A stretch of DNA of 64,000 nt from Octopus sinensis (GCF_006345805.1 NC_043005.1:1860001-1924000), one strand, 5' to 3'; counted from the first letter of the stretch, positions 41,101 through 54,850 are shown. The notes: a model not told the origin generated them from the letters alone. A program made the numbers and translations.

Positions 41101-41136
41101 CTTTCTGTCGAAGAGCGTAGGCTCGAAACGTAAAAG
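41101..41136 (+). ncRNA. Minimal type I hammerhead motif (core A6->T)
   Basis: Sequence reads CTTT CTGTCGA A GAGC-GTAG-GCTC GAA ACGT A AAAG. Confidence 0.6.
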
Positions 41137-41221
41137 ACTTACTCACTTCCCGAGCGTTAAACTATACATCTGTATGTTGTTTACACACCCGTCTTCGTCT
41201 TTTGTTTTTTGTAAATTTTCA

Positions 41222-41266
<45 letters not shown>

Positions 41267-42238
41267 CAAACATATATATATATATATTTATGTATGTATA
41301 TATGTATGCATATATATATAGTTATGTATGTATGTATGTGTATCTGTGTATATGTACGCATATGTATGTGTGTATGCATATATTTATGTCTTTGTGTGTG
41401 CGTACATGCGTATGTATGTATATATATATGCGTATGGGTTTAAGTACATAAGTATACGGGCCTATATAATAGTGCATATATGCACTACGTATATGTATGT
41501 GTGCGCGCTTGCGTATATCAATATACACTTCCTTCTTTCTCTCTCTGATTCCCCAGCGCCCACTATCACATTAGCTATACAATAAACACCTCCATCTAAT
41601 GTTAGAAACTTGACATTTATATGTTATTATTATTCCTTTCAGTTGAGGTTTACTACACACTTTAGTACCCCGCCCATCGTGCCACTTTCTGTACCTTAGT
41701 GCCTTACAAACATATCACCCCACTTCCCACTCCTAACACATATTCATTCATTACATTCTTATCTCTTCCTATCCATTCCCTGCTCTTCTCTCATTCCCCT
41801 CATAATATATTGACCACCAACTTACACTCCTTTTTCATTTTATCTTTCTTTCTTTCTTCTTTCCTCAACTATTCCTTTTGACTATTCTCCTTATTTTAAC
41901 ATATACATCTTTTCTCTCCTTAATACTACCACTACATTCTCAAAATTTCTTTCACACTACGAGACCCCTTTGAATGAACAGCACATGGAATCTACGTCTC
42001 CACACTTTCCATTTGTGATGACAAAATATGAACACCTATTGGAATTTACATACCACGGACAAGAAGCATTTCGACCCCTCCCACACACCACTTTCCTTGG
42101 ATAATGGAACTGCAACTATAACATCCTATATATATTTTTGTATTTTTACTCTTACTTTTCTTCTCTTATTTCCATCCTTTTCCAAACTAACACCTATTGA
42201 ACTCTACTATTTCTCTCTTTGTAACCATTTCCCATCGC

Positions 42239-42282
42239 CTCTGATGAAGGGATATTCCTAATATCTCAGAAACAGCTGTAAG
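42239..42282 (+). ncRNA. Minimal type I hammerhead motif
   Basis: Sequence reads CT CTGATGA A GGGATATT-CCT-AATATCTC A GAA ACAGCTGT A AG, with an 8-bp stem II and palindromic stem III. Confidence 0.65.
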
Positions 42283-42490
42283 ATTAACTTTCTCTTAATA
42301 AATGTCCTGAAAATGACTCACAGCCTTGGCTTTATTGTCTCATTTTATTTAACACACACACACACACACACACACATGGTGAGAAATGCTATTCCCACGC
42401 AGGAAAAGGCTAGAAAATATTGTTTTGGTGTTTGAAAATGCACCTGAACTTCAAAACGTGTAATTGTTTTAAAGTTTTGTAATATATATT

Positions 42491-42625
42491 AATTGTAGCA
42501 GAAGCAACTCAAAGTTCGAGAGTTTCGTGCGTCGGCTCTTATCAAACGAATGCCAACGCACGAAACTCTCGGACCTTAATCACTCAACTATTCACTTAAT
42601 CACTCTGTTGCTTCTGCTAAATATT
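42491..42625. repeat. Nested inverted repeat (fold-back/MITE-like)
   Basis: GAGAGTTTCGTGCGT (42518-42532) pairs with ACGCACGAAACTCTC (42556-42570), and TAGCAGAAGCAAC (42496-42508) pairs with GTTGCTTCTGCTA (42607-42619). Confidence 0.85.
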
Positions 42626-42732
42626 AATAAAAATTTACATATACTCATATACCAAACTGCTTTCGACATTTTTTGCTATCAATGTTACAACTAAATATAT
42701 ATATATAAATACACACAAACACACACACACAC

Positions 42733-42797
<65 letters not shown>

Positions 42798-42807
42798 ATA
42801 TATATCG

Positions 42808-42842
<35 letters not shown>

Positions 42843-42882
42843 GATATATATCGTATATATCATATATATATATATATATATC

Positions 42883-43090
42883 GTTTTGGGATTTGGTTTG
42901 CAAGATTCTTTATGTGAGTTCGTGTGTTGAAGCATATTCTGTTGTGTCTGGGGAGAGTCATTTTCTTTTAGTTTTCACCATTGAAAAGGTTGCAAGACAA
43001 CGAAAATTTTAGAAAAAAAAGTGGAAATTTTACCGGTGAGTGTGTTAAATTATAAGGCACAAAAAGAAGATGACCTAACAGACACAATAG
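42883..43090. mobile_element. Long-TIR MITE-like repeat (family of 21943 and 46032)
   Basis: TTTGGTTTGCAAGATTCTTTATGTGAG...CTGGGGAGAGTCAT followed by the inverse arm GTGGAAATTTTACCGGTGAGTGTGTTAAATTATAAGGCAC. Confidence 0.7.
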
Positions 43091-43379
43091 AATATATGTA
43101 TTCCTGTATTTTGATTTACGATTGATACAAAGTCATTCTCTGATGTAAAGCGCTTCCTGTGTGTTTAATGTAATTGTATCCAAATCTTGAGCATGTTATT
43201 ACATGTATTACAGTTTCAGATGCACAGGTGAATTTACTTTTTATTGCAAACACCCCTCTGTTAGATCAAAACATTTTCCACAGTTTTTTTTTATTGTTGG
43301 TTTTGTTATAATAATTGTATGGTGTGTAGCCTGCGTTAGTGTTTTTGCATTGATATGTTTTTTTCTCTTTATCCTGGTG

Positions 43380-43960
43380 TGTGCTTGAAGGATTTGGCAC
43401 TCCCTGGGGACCTTTTCGGCAACAGTATGTTGTGGAATATGATGCTGTTTTGAAGATTGTAGATGGAGATATATTCAAGAACTGCCAATTTATATTCATT
43501 TCTTTGCTTTGGTTGTTTAAATTCCTGGATACCGAATTTGTGTTCTCGTTGAATTCCATTATCTAGGATAGTGTGTAGTTCCTGTCAAGAAGTATATCTC
43601 TCGGTTCTTGGAATCTTATATCACGGATGCTTGTATCAGATACAGTTTTTCAGATCCTTTTGTTATGGCTTTAAAGACATATTCATTCGGGTAGGTCTTG
43701 GGTGTGTTCAATGGGAGATATTATTCGGTGTCCGTAATTTTATAGCAAATGTCTGCTGTCTCTACTTAGTTGTTGACTTTATAAGGACGTCTAAAAATGG
43801 GAATTTCTCATGACTATATTCCACCGGGAATTGAATATCTTCATTAATTCCATGAGAAATATTTCAAATTCTTTTAGTTTCTCTAGACTTTCATTCTATA
43901 GAATGAAGCAGTCGTTGAAGTACCTTTTCCAGTTTTCTTGTATGTATATGGAGAAAGAGG
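43380..43960 (-). mobile_element. Penelope-like RT/thumb fragment, decayed
   Basis: FSIYIQENWKRYFNDCFIL (ORF 43896..44105), matching KRYLDDCF of the other PLE copies. Confidence 0.7.
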
Positions 43961-44939
43961 TTCTATATATATATGTCTGTACGTGTGTATGTGTATGTGT
44001 GTGTGTATTATGTGTGCGTGTGCGTGTGTGTGCGAGCGTGTTTGTATATTTGGACAGTAAGCATGAGTAGTCATCGTTTGCAAAATACATTCTCGCAAAG
44101 CCCATTTCCTCGATTGGTCAGCTGCCCTGGTCGATACTTGGGCCAAAGAAGGCTAACTTCTTTATTTCTGTCAAGTGTTGTCAAGTAGTTCCAGTTCTGT
44201 AGATCAGTCGGACTCTACGGTCGACGTCTGTCATAGAAACATATCGTATGATGACGCCATTAGGAAAGAATAAAACAGAAGTAGTCGGAACTATATTTGA
44301 ACACTACTAACATTACCTCCTTGTTCAACCTTTTTTGCCATATCTTACTACTACTACTACTACTACTACTACACTACTACTACTGCTAAATCCACCCCAC
44401 CACCACTAGTAGTGGTATTAGCAGCAGCAGCAACAATAGTGGTAGTAGTCGTAGTAGTAGCGTTTAGACACATTTTCAAATAAGAAACATTACGTTGAAT
44501 TCTATAATAATTACGAAAATGACAATGCTTATATCAATATTATAATTCTATTAGAGTCGGAAATTAATATTTCTATATTTATACGATTAAAAAAAAACAT
44601 ACTTAACATATCGAATACTTCTTTTGTGTGTATAAGATGTTTATGAGAGGAAAAGAGCGACAGAAGCTGTTATTGGTTGGACTGCATAAACATGGAAGAA
44701 AACAGAGAAAATTGTGAAAACAAAATGGAAATTGTGAAGTTATATGTATGTGTGTGTGTGTGTGTGTGTTTGTGTGTGCGTGTGAATTATGTGCATGTGT
44801 GAATATGTATGTACTTATGTTTCTGTGTGTGTATAAATGTATATATGATTATATAAGTATGCAAATACACACACATATATGTCTATATATATTACACGCA
44901 CACATATTGTGTATATATATGTATATGAATATATATATT

Positions 44940-45022
<83 letters not shown>

Positions 45023-45024
45023 TA

Positions 45025-45059
<35 letters not shown>

Positions 45060-45876
45060 GCACAATATCATATTTAACAACACTGCATTTTTAATATGTG
45101 ATCTGTTTCATAAATTACAGGTTGAAATTGAAATTTAAAATTTAAAGATATTTTTTGTTCGTCGAGGAAATATCGATATGGATATTTGAAATTGAAGAAC
45201 GAAGAATGAAAATAAAGCACAATTATATTTCCTTAACTATGTTTGGCACCAAACACCTATTGAGTTTATTTGGTATAAAGTTCTGACAATGAAGATAGTT
45301 TGGGTTCCGATATTTGTTTACTGGTGCCAGTTTGGTAGATGCTAACTTGAAGGAAGAAAAAGTGATTCCGTTGAATTTAACAGAAGCGTTCCTTCATGTC
45401 GGAAGGACTTTATCTAATCTCTGCATAATTATTCTCTTCTTTTCTAATTCTTTATATTCTTCGGGTAAATAAGATGTTTGTTCCGACGAAGAACGAAAAC
45501 ATCATATTTAGATAACATAAAGTATAGAGTTATTTCTTGATTTTCATAAAATTTTAATATATTTTTCGCTGTTGGTCATAAAAATTCCGTTTGCAGAATA
45601 CAAAATTAGAGGGTCTGGTCTATTTGTGTACTTGAAAGACCTCAGGTTTTCGAAAGTATTAATCAAACACTTATAACCGACGGCAGAAGTTGAGGTTTGT
45701 TTTTAAGCAAAAAGAGACATCTCGAAGCGCCATTGATAATAAAAACAAAACGTAAACCATGCACCCCACCGCACGCATACACACAGACGCACAAACACAC
45801 CTACGTACATACACACGGATACACATAAACAAATATGTATGCATATATGTGTGTGTGTATGTATGTACGTACGTAC

Positions 45877-45912
<36 letters not shown>

Positions 45913-45943
45913 GTATATATACATACATACACACTCACACACA

Positions 45944-46031
<88 letters not shown>

Positions 46032-46890
46032 TGTTGTGTCTGGGGAGAGTCATTCTCTTTTAGTGCCTTATTAATTTAACACACTCACCGATAAAGTTTC
46101 CACTCATTTATTTATTTTCTGAAATTTTCGTTGCGTTTTTTGACCTTTTCAATAGTTGTTGACTCCGTTATTGAAGCTGCGTTCTTTTTGTTTGTTTGTG
46201 CGCATGTGTGTGGGTCTGTGTGTGTGCGCATACACATGTATGCATGTATGTATGTATGTATGCATATATGTGTGTGTGTGTGCGTATGTATATATGTATG
46301 TATATGTGTACATTTTTATGTACGTATTCTGAATATTCATGTGTTTGTGTATTTGTGTGTGTTTATGTGTGTGTGTGTTTGCATGTCTGTACCTCTGTCT
46401 CCTTGTGTGTGCCTGTCTGAGTGTGTCTGTGTGTGTGTATGGGTTTTTGTGACCATGTACTGTGTCTGTATGTATGGATGTGTGTCTCCATATGTATCCT
46501 TGGGTGGGTCCGATCCAGCCATCCAGCACTCTGAAGTGCTTTTCTTTACTGCTGAGGTAATGGTGGGTGGTATTCCCTTCTGTGACCTGGTGGAGCAGAA
46601 TCTACTGAGGTCATGGTCGTCTAATTAGTCACTGTCACAGTTCAGTCTAAGGAGGAGGCCCACTTCCTTCGTGTTGACTTCATGGAGCTCTACTTCCCTA
46701 AAAATGAACGCAGCTGGGATAACGGACAGAGTCAACAACTATTAAAGAGGTTGCAAGACGCAACGAACATTTTAGAAAAATAAAGAAGGAAATGAGTGCA
46801 AATTTTACCGGTGAGCGTGTTAGATTATAAGGGACAAAAAGAGAATGACTCTCCCCAGACACAGCAGAATAGGTTTCAACAAACAAACTC
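46032..46890. mobile_element. MITE-like element with ~140-bp terminal inverted repeats
   Basis: The left arm 46032-46170 is the reverse complement of the right arm ~46725-46866 (CTGTTGTGTCTGGGGAGAGTCAT / ATGACTCTCCCCAGACACAGCAG). Confidence 0.75.
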
Positions 46891-47330
46891 ACATAAAGAA
46901 TCTTGCATGAGAGAGAGAGAGGTAGGGAGGGAGAGAGAGAGAGGGGAGAGAGAGAGAGAGAGAGAGAGAGAAAGAAAGACGGAGAGAGGTAAGTTGTTGA
47001 TTCCGAAGTAATTGACTAGAAAGGTTTTCTTCATTTTAATTCACGACGCAATAAACGCTCCCCTTGCCTGGTCAGCTGACCTTCACAGCAGTTTCTTGTT
47101 TTTGTTCTCCGTCGACAAGAAAGACTTACACGGCTGATTGCATCAAGTGTTTGGATGAGGACCTTTTACCAAGGCTTATATTGCAGTGTGTGTGTGTGTG
47201 TGTGTCTGTACATTCATGTATATAAATATATATACATGTATGTATTGTATACATGTATGTATTGTATACATGTATACTATACATATATGCATGTATATGT
47301 GTGTGTATGTAAGTATATATATATATATAC

Positions 47331-48552
47331 TTTTATGCCAAAGAATGAAACAGTCATCTAGGACAAAAATCGGGGACTGCGATGGGTACACGAATGGCCC
47401 CCTCCTTTGCCAACCTAGTCATAGGATATCTAGAGATCAGTCTGTATCGTAAAGTTCTAGAAAGATATGGCAGCCCTTTCTCCATCTACATAGAAAACAA
47501 CTGGAAGAGATATCTAGATGACTGTTTCATTCTTTGGCATAAAAATATAGAAAAACTCATAGAATTCCAAGAATTTGAAACGGACTGGACGTAAACATCC
47601 AATTTACAATGGAATATAGCCAGCAACAACTCCCCTTCCTCGATATCCTCATTAAGAAAGCTAATAATGTAATAGAAACAGATATATATAAGCCTACAGA
47701 CTCTAAGCAATATCTTCCATTCAATTCATGCCACCCCAGACACACCGGATGAATATCCCCTTCAATCTAGCAAAAAGGATATGCACTATAGTCTCCAACG
47801 CAAACACCAGAGACACACGACTACAAGAACTAAAAGATACCCTTATCACCAGGAACTATCCACCTTCACTTATTGACATGTGCATTCAACGTGCCCTTCA
47901 ACTTAACATCAAGGAACTGAGACATCCCAAATCAAAGAAAAACTTACAACCAAAAGCCTTACCATACATCTCCACACACAACCCTCTCAATAACGAAGCC
48001 TTCGGCAACATCCTTCACAACTTACCCCTCCTAAAAAAAGACCACAGAATGAACACAATCCTCCAAACACACACGATCATAAAAAGCAAAAAACAGCCTA
48101 AATCCATGAAAAGTCTCCTAACACAAGCCCGAATTACACTCTTCAACACAGAAGCCGACAGTAAAAAAATGTGGAAGACCCAATGCGGGATATGCGATTA
48201 TCTAATTGAGGGATCAGAGTTCTCTTCAAACAAGGACAACGGTTTACAGTGAAAAGCAACTTCACATGTGCTTCGGAGAACCTAATATACTCACTAACCT
48301 GCTCCGGGTGTCAAGAGCAGTACATAGGCCAAACAAAAAATAGTTTGCGTATAAAGAATGGCCCTGCACAGATCCCAGATAAAAATTCCCCAAAACAGAA
48401 AAATAGCTTTCAGCCAACACATAGATACTTGCGCCAACAACAAAACACCAGGCTTCAGGATTTTCCCCCTCTACCAATTTAGGGACGATACAACCTTGAG
48501 ACAACGAATAAGTAAAGAAACTCTTTATTACAAAATACAGGCCACTTCTTAA
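47331..48552 (+). mobile_element. 5'-truncated Penelope-like element (RT 3' half, thumb, GIY-YIG) with a short inverted 5' segment
   Basis: 47382..47594 gives GTAMGTRMAPSFANL...KRYLDDCFILW. 47728..48252 is the thumb. 48249..48482 gives NLIYSLTCSGCQEQYIGQT. Confidence 0.92.
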
Positions 48553-49227
48553 CGGGTCTACGACAAACGGTTAATATACCTCAACTTTAGAATAAAAGAA
48601 ATACACACACAAATATTACATTCCAAAGAATCCATTACAAATCAGCCCCAATCACAGCTATAATCCATAACGTGTCAACTTCAAGTCATACAACACCTCA
48701 CTACTTTCACCCATTCATATTCTCCCTTCTCTTTTTTCTTCTTCTTCTTCATCTTCTTCATCATCATCATTATCATCATCATCGTCGTCATCATCATCAC
48801 CATCATCATCATCTTCTTCTCCTTCTCTTTCTCCTTCTTCTTCTTCTTCTTCTTCTTCTTCTTCTTCTTCTTCTTCTCCACCTTCTACCTCTTAACTTTA
48901 TCACTAATCCTTTTTAGTATAACACCTACGCAGATTCCATAAACAAACCTTTCAATAGAAATATTCTCCTGAATTGAACTGCAACTGCTAGCCGCCACTG
49001 ACCATTCAAAATACGACCATCAAGGCACTCCCAAATTTTTCCACCCCCCTCTCCTCATCAACCTTCTTCTTCTTCTACCCTACCAAGAATTCACAACGGC
49101 CTCGAACACACAAGTGCAAACAAGGGAGACGAGAAAGGCAGAATGCCACTTATATTTGAACACTATACAAATATTCCTTTAAAAAACTTTTCTTTTAATT
49201 TTTCTAAATTTAATATTTTAATCGTTA

Positions 49228-49264
49228 CAGTTGAAAAGGTCTCAAATGACCGAAACCGGTACTG
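49228..49264 (+). ncRNA. Degenerate minimal hammerhead motif 3' of the Penelope element
   Basis: Sequence reads CAG TTGAAAA GGTC-TCAAAT-GACC GAA ACCGGT A CTG. The stems are intact but the core deviates at two positions. Confidence 0.45.
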
Positions 49265-49420
49265 AAATGTTCTTTATAAAATTATTTTAGCATTTTCTAT
49301 TTTGACTTGTTTTTTTCATATATATCAACTCGTGTGTTCCTTTTCACCCTAATACATATATATATATATATATACAAAATGTAAATACATGTATATGTAT
49401 ATATATATATGTGTGTGTGA

Positions 49421-49459
<39 letters not shown>

Positions 49460-49840
49460 CATACATACATACATACACACACAAAATATATAATTATACA
49501 AATATATTCGTTCGAGATGAGCGAATTAGATTTAACTTGCATATAAGTGTGAACATTTGTATATGCGCTTGTGAATACATTATATTCGTATGGGTGTGTA
49601 TAAACGTTTATAATTATGTACCTTATGTTGTACCATACTAAAGACCGTAAAGGGAGTTACATCCCCAAACTAGAAATAGATCTATGGTTAAACCATTAAA
49701 AAAAACCTCTTTTGTTCATTTCCGTGCCAATGTGGTAAATAAAGTAGTTCTTAGAGCCATTTGGCGTCTATTTCTAGCATGTCGCGCTACTCATTAGTGC
49801 CCTTACTATAATTGTATCTATATAATTATATATTTTGTAT

Positions 49841-49873
<33 letters not shown>

Positions 49874-50044
49874 CAAACACATACACACACACGCATATAT
49901 ATATGCATATATATACACACATACACATATATATTTTTCCAATAATAATAATGTATACGGCTTGATATGTTTGCCTTGCTTTAAATTTTGTTCTCTCTTT
50001 AACAATTATATATACACTAAAACAAACAAATTTCACAATACATA

Positions 50045-50099
<55 letters not shown>

Positions 50100-50789
50100 T
50101 ATATATAATCACCTTTTATCAATTCAAAATGAACAATTAATTTCACCATCTCAAAATTACATATAATAGAAATATTAAAATTAAAATAACAATAATATAC
50201 CGATGATTAAGTAAATTGCAAAATAATAACAAAAACCTATATATTTGGTATATACCAGATATATACGTTATATATACCAGATATATATATATTTTTATAA
50301 TTGAGGAGGGGGAAAAAGAAAATTACATTGTTTTTGCAAAAAAACAATAAACATATACAAAAATTAAAAAATAGGTACACCGATACATTGTAAAGTGTTT
50401 GTGTATCTGGAGTTCAATGATAGAGCTTGGGAAAATTCCCTTGGAGGATTGAGATCCACGTGATTAAATCCATGTGGTGTTTAATTTAGGATGTTTGTTA
50501 AAAGAATGTCAAAACAGGAAATGGGGTAGGAGTTATCCAGTTCCTGTGAGTAAGGGGAGACAACTCTGTGGATTTTGTGCTCTTCAATTGGGGTTATCAA
50601 TTTTTTGTAAGACAGGATATTAATAAACCTTTAATTGTAAAATTATCATTTTAGCTTCATTTGCATTATCTTTTTATATATAATTGTTTGCTAACTTGGC
50701 ATTCAGATCTTAACACTTTATTTATATTGTTTTCTAATTATATTAATTTACATAAACCAATTTGTAATTTCATTTCAGATTGTTATGTC

Positions 50790-50840
<51 letters not shown>

Positions 50841-50955
50841 TAATAAAGAATATAATTTTTAGCTTGAAGTGATAACTGCATGATATCCTTATATATTTGT
50901 ATTAGTCCATCCATGAAGAATGAGGTAGAAAAAAGAAGTATGATCATCGTGGAGT

Positions 50956-52324
50956 TTACATATTAAGATGCGTTTTGAATTTTTCAATAAAAAGATTCTC
51001 CTTGTTAATTCTTTCTTGTGTGGTGATTCCGTCTTTATATTGGTAGAAATGGAATATGTAAAATTTGGGATTTTTGTTTTTAGCGCACGAGTCTATGTGG
51101 CTACTTAGTGGAATTTGACGGTATTCTGGGAGATTTATTTGTTCTTTATGGACCGCTACTCTTTTACGTAAAGAGAGGCTCGTTTGTCCAACATAATTAT
51201 GTTGGCAACCGGCGCATGTGAGAACGTAGATAAGGTTCTCTCGGGAACAGGAGAAGTTAATCTTGATTCTAAACTTTGTTCCTTGTTTGAAAGTAAATTC
51301 AGAGCCTTCAAGTAGGAAGGAGCAGGTGCCACAGTTTGGGCGTGCACATTTTTTAACTGATGGGGGTGGATGTGTTGTGTGAAGTTTGGCATTTGTCAAG
51401 AGTTTTTTCAAAGATTTATGTTGCCTTTTACATTTGAGGATTTTATGTGTATTGATAATGTTATTCATTTTTGGGTCTGTTGACAGTAGAGTGTGGTTTT
51501 GTATGATTGTGGTGTATGCTTCGATATTTTTGGGGTTGTGGGTGGAAATGTATGGAAGTATTTTGGGGTTGTGTGTGGTGTTGGGTTGGGTGGTTTTCAG
51601 TGTAATGCTGTCGAGTTCTTTGGCACGTTTTATTCCATACTCTATAAGGGTGGAGGGATATTAGCGTTGTAATAGTGTTTTTTTGAGGTCTTGAAGGCGT
51701 ATTTCTCGAGTTTTTGGATCCGAGACAATGGTGCATAACCTTTTAGCTAAGTTGAAAAGGATATTTATCTTGGTGTGTTTTGGGTGGCATGGGCTAAAGA
51801 TGAGGTATTGTTGTGAGTCTGTAGGTTTGTGGTAGATGTCTGTTATGAGTTCGTTCTTAGGTGTTTTTATAATTAGGAGATCAAGGAAAGGGAGATGATG
51901 TTTGCTGAATTCGATAGTGAATTGCATGTTGGGATGTATGTTGTTCAGTATGGTTTTGAATTCCAGAAGCTTTTCATAAGATTCTTTCCATATGATGAAA
52001 CAATCATCAAAATACCTTTTCCAGTTTTCCTTTAGGTAGATGTGGAAAACGTGTCCAAATTTCTGGCGTGATATCTCATACAGTGATAGTTCGAAGAAGC
52101 CCATTATGAGGTTCGCAAGGACTGGTGCAGCCTTGGTACCCATCGCAATACCACATTTTTGACGGTAGTGTGTGTTATCGAAGAGGAAATAATTAATTGT
52201 CAGAATGAACTTGAGTGATTCCGTAATGAAGGTCTTGTTAATGCGGTCAGGGAATGCTTCTGGGTGTTTCTCTAGCCAGAAATCAATTGCCTCAATACCA
52301 TATTCATGTGGGATGTTGGATCTT

Positions 52325-52360
<36 letters not shown>

Positions 52361-52445
52361 AAATAATTGAGATCCATTTGAATTAGGTACTTAAGTTGAG
52401 GCACCAAGTCAGTCCGGCATTATCCACACACCTCAAAGTAAGGTT
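50956..52445 (-). mobile_element. Penelope-like element fragment (RT + GIY-YIG), with a (TA)n expansion at 52326-52356
   Basis: 51661..52407 gives NIPHEYG, GIAMGTKAAPVLANL, KRYFDDCF and LPFLDLLI. 50956..51468 gives NLIYVLTCAGCQHNYVGQT..SLRKR. Confidence 0.92.
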
Positions 52446-52448
52446 AGT

Positions 52449-52607
52449 AAAATCAAAATAAACAAGACATCAAGAAGTGCCTCAGTACAACCGTTTCAAG
52501 CGACCCCATTTAAATTGATGTAATGATTGCATTGTTCAATTAAATGGAGTCGCTTGAAATGGTCGTACTGCATCACTTCTTGATAACCTATTGTTTATTT
52601 TGATTTT
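52449..52607. repeat. 159-bp imperfect palindrome (fold-back element or long hairpin)
   Basis: The arms match over 17 nt (AAAATCAAAATAAACAA), 11 nt (ATCAAGAAGTG) and 29 nt with 3 transitions. Confidence 0.9.
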
Positions 52608-54039
52608 GCATCTGTATCTATCTGTCTATCTATATATATTAGTCACATAATTCGTTAGTATCTTAGCACATCAACAAGTAGAACTTGTACATCTTAAAGA
52701 TGTGCTGCTCTTCTATGCAGCTGGGTACCATAGCACTGAATTCCTTGTGAGATAAAAACAACCGTTAGATCTCATGTATTGGTAGTCTTCTGATTTCTCT
52801 ACAAATTTGATGACCATTTATTCATCATGTCGGTTGTTGAATAGGTCATAGTCAATGTTTATACATGCTTAAAATTTTGCCCGATGAAGGTGGATTTATG
52901 TTATGATGTAATCTACGAATGCTTTAATAAAATCCTAGCTGTAGTAAATTTTAAACTCCGTTTGTGTTCTTTATACATGCGTTTCTACAAATCATATGCC
53001 TCTTAAGATCAGAGTCCGTATTCTTGGAGTGATTACTGTGCAGTCTGTAGTATCCGTGGGCATCGGATAGATCATCTTCATGGATTCATTTCTTCAGGTG
53101 ATATAACATTAATGGATGTTGCTCAGCCGAGTATCCCAGATTTCGGTGTCATTACTACTGCTGCATTACGGGAAATTGTCTTGTAAGAGAAAAATACCGA
53201 CTGTTATATTCTTTACATTTTAGTTTTCTGCATTTTGGTCAATCTAACTTGGTGTCTTTGTTTACATCCCTATCTCTCTCACCCTCTTCCTCCTCCTCTC
53301 CCTCCTCACATATTCATACACATTAATACCTAAATATTTAGAGCGCCGTGTAGGAGTAGCGAGTCGGAGACACCATTGATAGTGGTTTTTCGTTTGGCAA
53401 CCGATTTTCTCACATTCAGTTATCGAGTATAAACATTTTCTTTGACCGAATGAAAATTACAAACTTCAGCTGTTTCTCAGAAATATACTTTAAGATTCCT
53501 AACCAGGAAATCGTGGATTACATTCATATTTCATCAAGTTGCATACCCCAGCATATATTTTTTTTATCGGACGATATTCCTTTTGAATGACTTTTAACAT
53601 CGGAGGCAATCGTGGCTTTTACTTACAAAGATGGCTGACCAGTTTTCTTGTAAGCTTCTCAACAATAACAACTAATGTAGAATGAATTGTTGTAATGCAG
53701 GAAATTGAATTAATAACGGAACTTGAATGAAACTCTTCTGTGTAATCAAGTTATACTGTAACAAGGTTTCCACGGTTCTTTTTGTTTTGACATCTGACAG
53801 CTCACACTTTTATTAATTGCCAGAAACTGTGAACAACACAATCTGAAATTCCATTATTCCAACCATCCTGTGTACTATTCTCGATCTTGGACTTGTAGTG
53901 ATCCCGGAAGAAATGATTTAAACTACATGTGTAATGTTTAGACATCAAACACGCCTACAGTTTACTGCTAACTCAATGTTTTCAGTCTTGTCTACAAGAT
54001 TTCTCCGTGCTTTGATGGCAACGCAGTCTGATTGGTCGA

Positions 54040-54083
<44 letters not shown>

Positions 54084-54539
54084 TGAAACTTCTTTTCTTT
54101 CCTTTTTTTATGCAGCTCCTCTTACAGATTTACTACAAACTTTAGCGTGTAATGTCACCATGGTGATTGTTTCTGATTATATTCAGCCCTCATATATTAT
54201 GAATGAGATCTGTCTTTTCAGTCGAGTTCTTGGGTCAATCCGATTTAAAGTTTTCCTGAGAAGAGAATTTTCACAGAAATGCATTTCATTTTGTAACGTA
54301 TAGAAGGTCCTCTTAAACCGGCGACACTTCATCCAAAGGTGAATTATTCTGAAAGAAACGAAACCCAAAATGTGAATAAAACTAGATGGAGGGACTTAGA
54401 CGTTTATATTTCGTTTCTGAGTTATTGATTTAAAAAACAGTCAAACTGCAAATTTGCCATTTCCTCTCTCTCCAAATAGTCATCTTTGAATTATCAAAAT
54501 AACAGAATATTTCCCAGAATTAGTACAATATACTGACAC

Positions 54540-54848
54540 TGGATGTATCATGGCGACAAGGATCCCAGTTGATCCGATCAACGGAATAGCCTGCTCGTGA
54601 GATTAACGTCCAAGTGGCCGAGTATTCTAGAGACCCGCATATCCTTGATTCAGGGAGATTCAGCGTGACACAGAATGTGACGAGGCTGGTCCGTTTAAAT
54701 ACAGGTACAACACTTTTTTGCCAGCTGAGTAAACTGGAGCAACGTGAAATAAAGAATCTAGCTCAAGGACACAACGTGCCGCCGGGAATCGAACTCGCAA
54801 CCTTACGATAGTTAGTCGAATACAATAATCAGTAAGGCACACGCCTTC
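54540..54848 (-). mobile_element. tRNA-derived SINE (third family)
   Basis: The minus-strand head has B-box GAGTTCGATTCCCGG, followed by TTGAGCTAG..CACGTTGCTCCAGTTTACTCAGCTGG and an ACGTTAATCTCACGAGCAGGCT body. Confidence 0.7.
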
Positions 54849-54850
54849 AC

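Noticed and set aside
52895-52925. CCGATGA A GGTGGATT...AATCTAC GAATGC, hammerhead-like
   Set aside because: Stem II is present but GAAA, stem III and stem I are missing. At best it is a decayed remnant.
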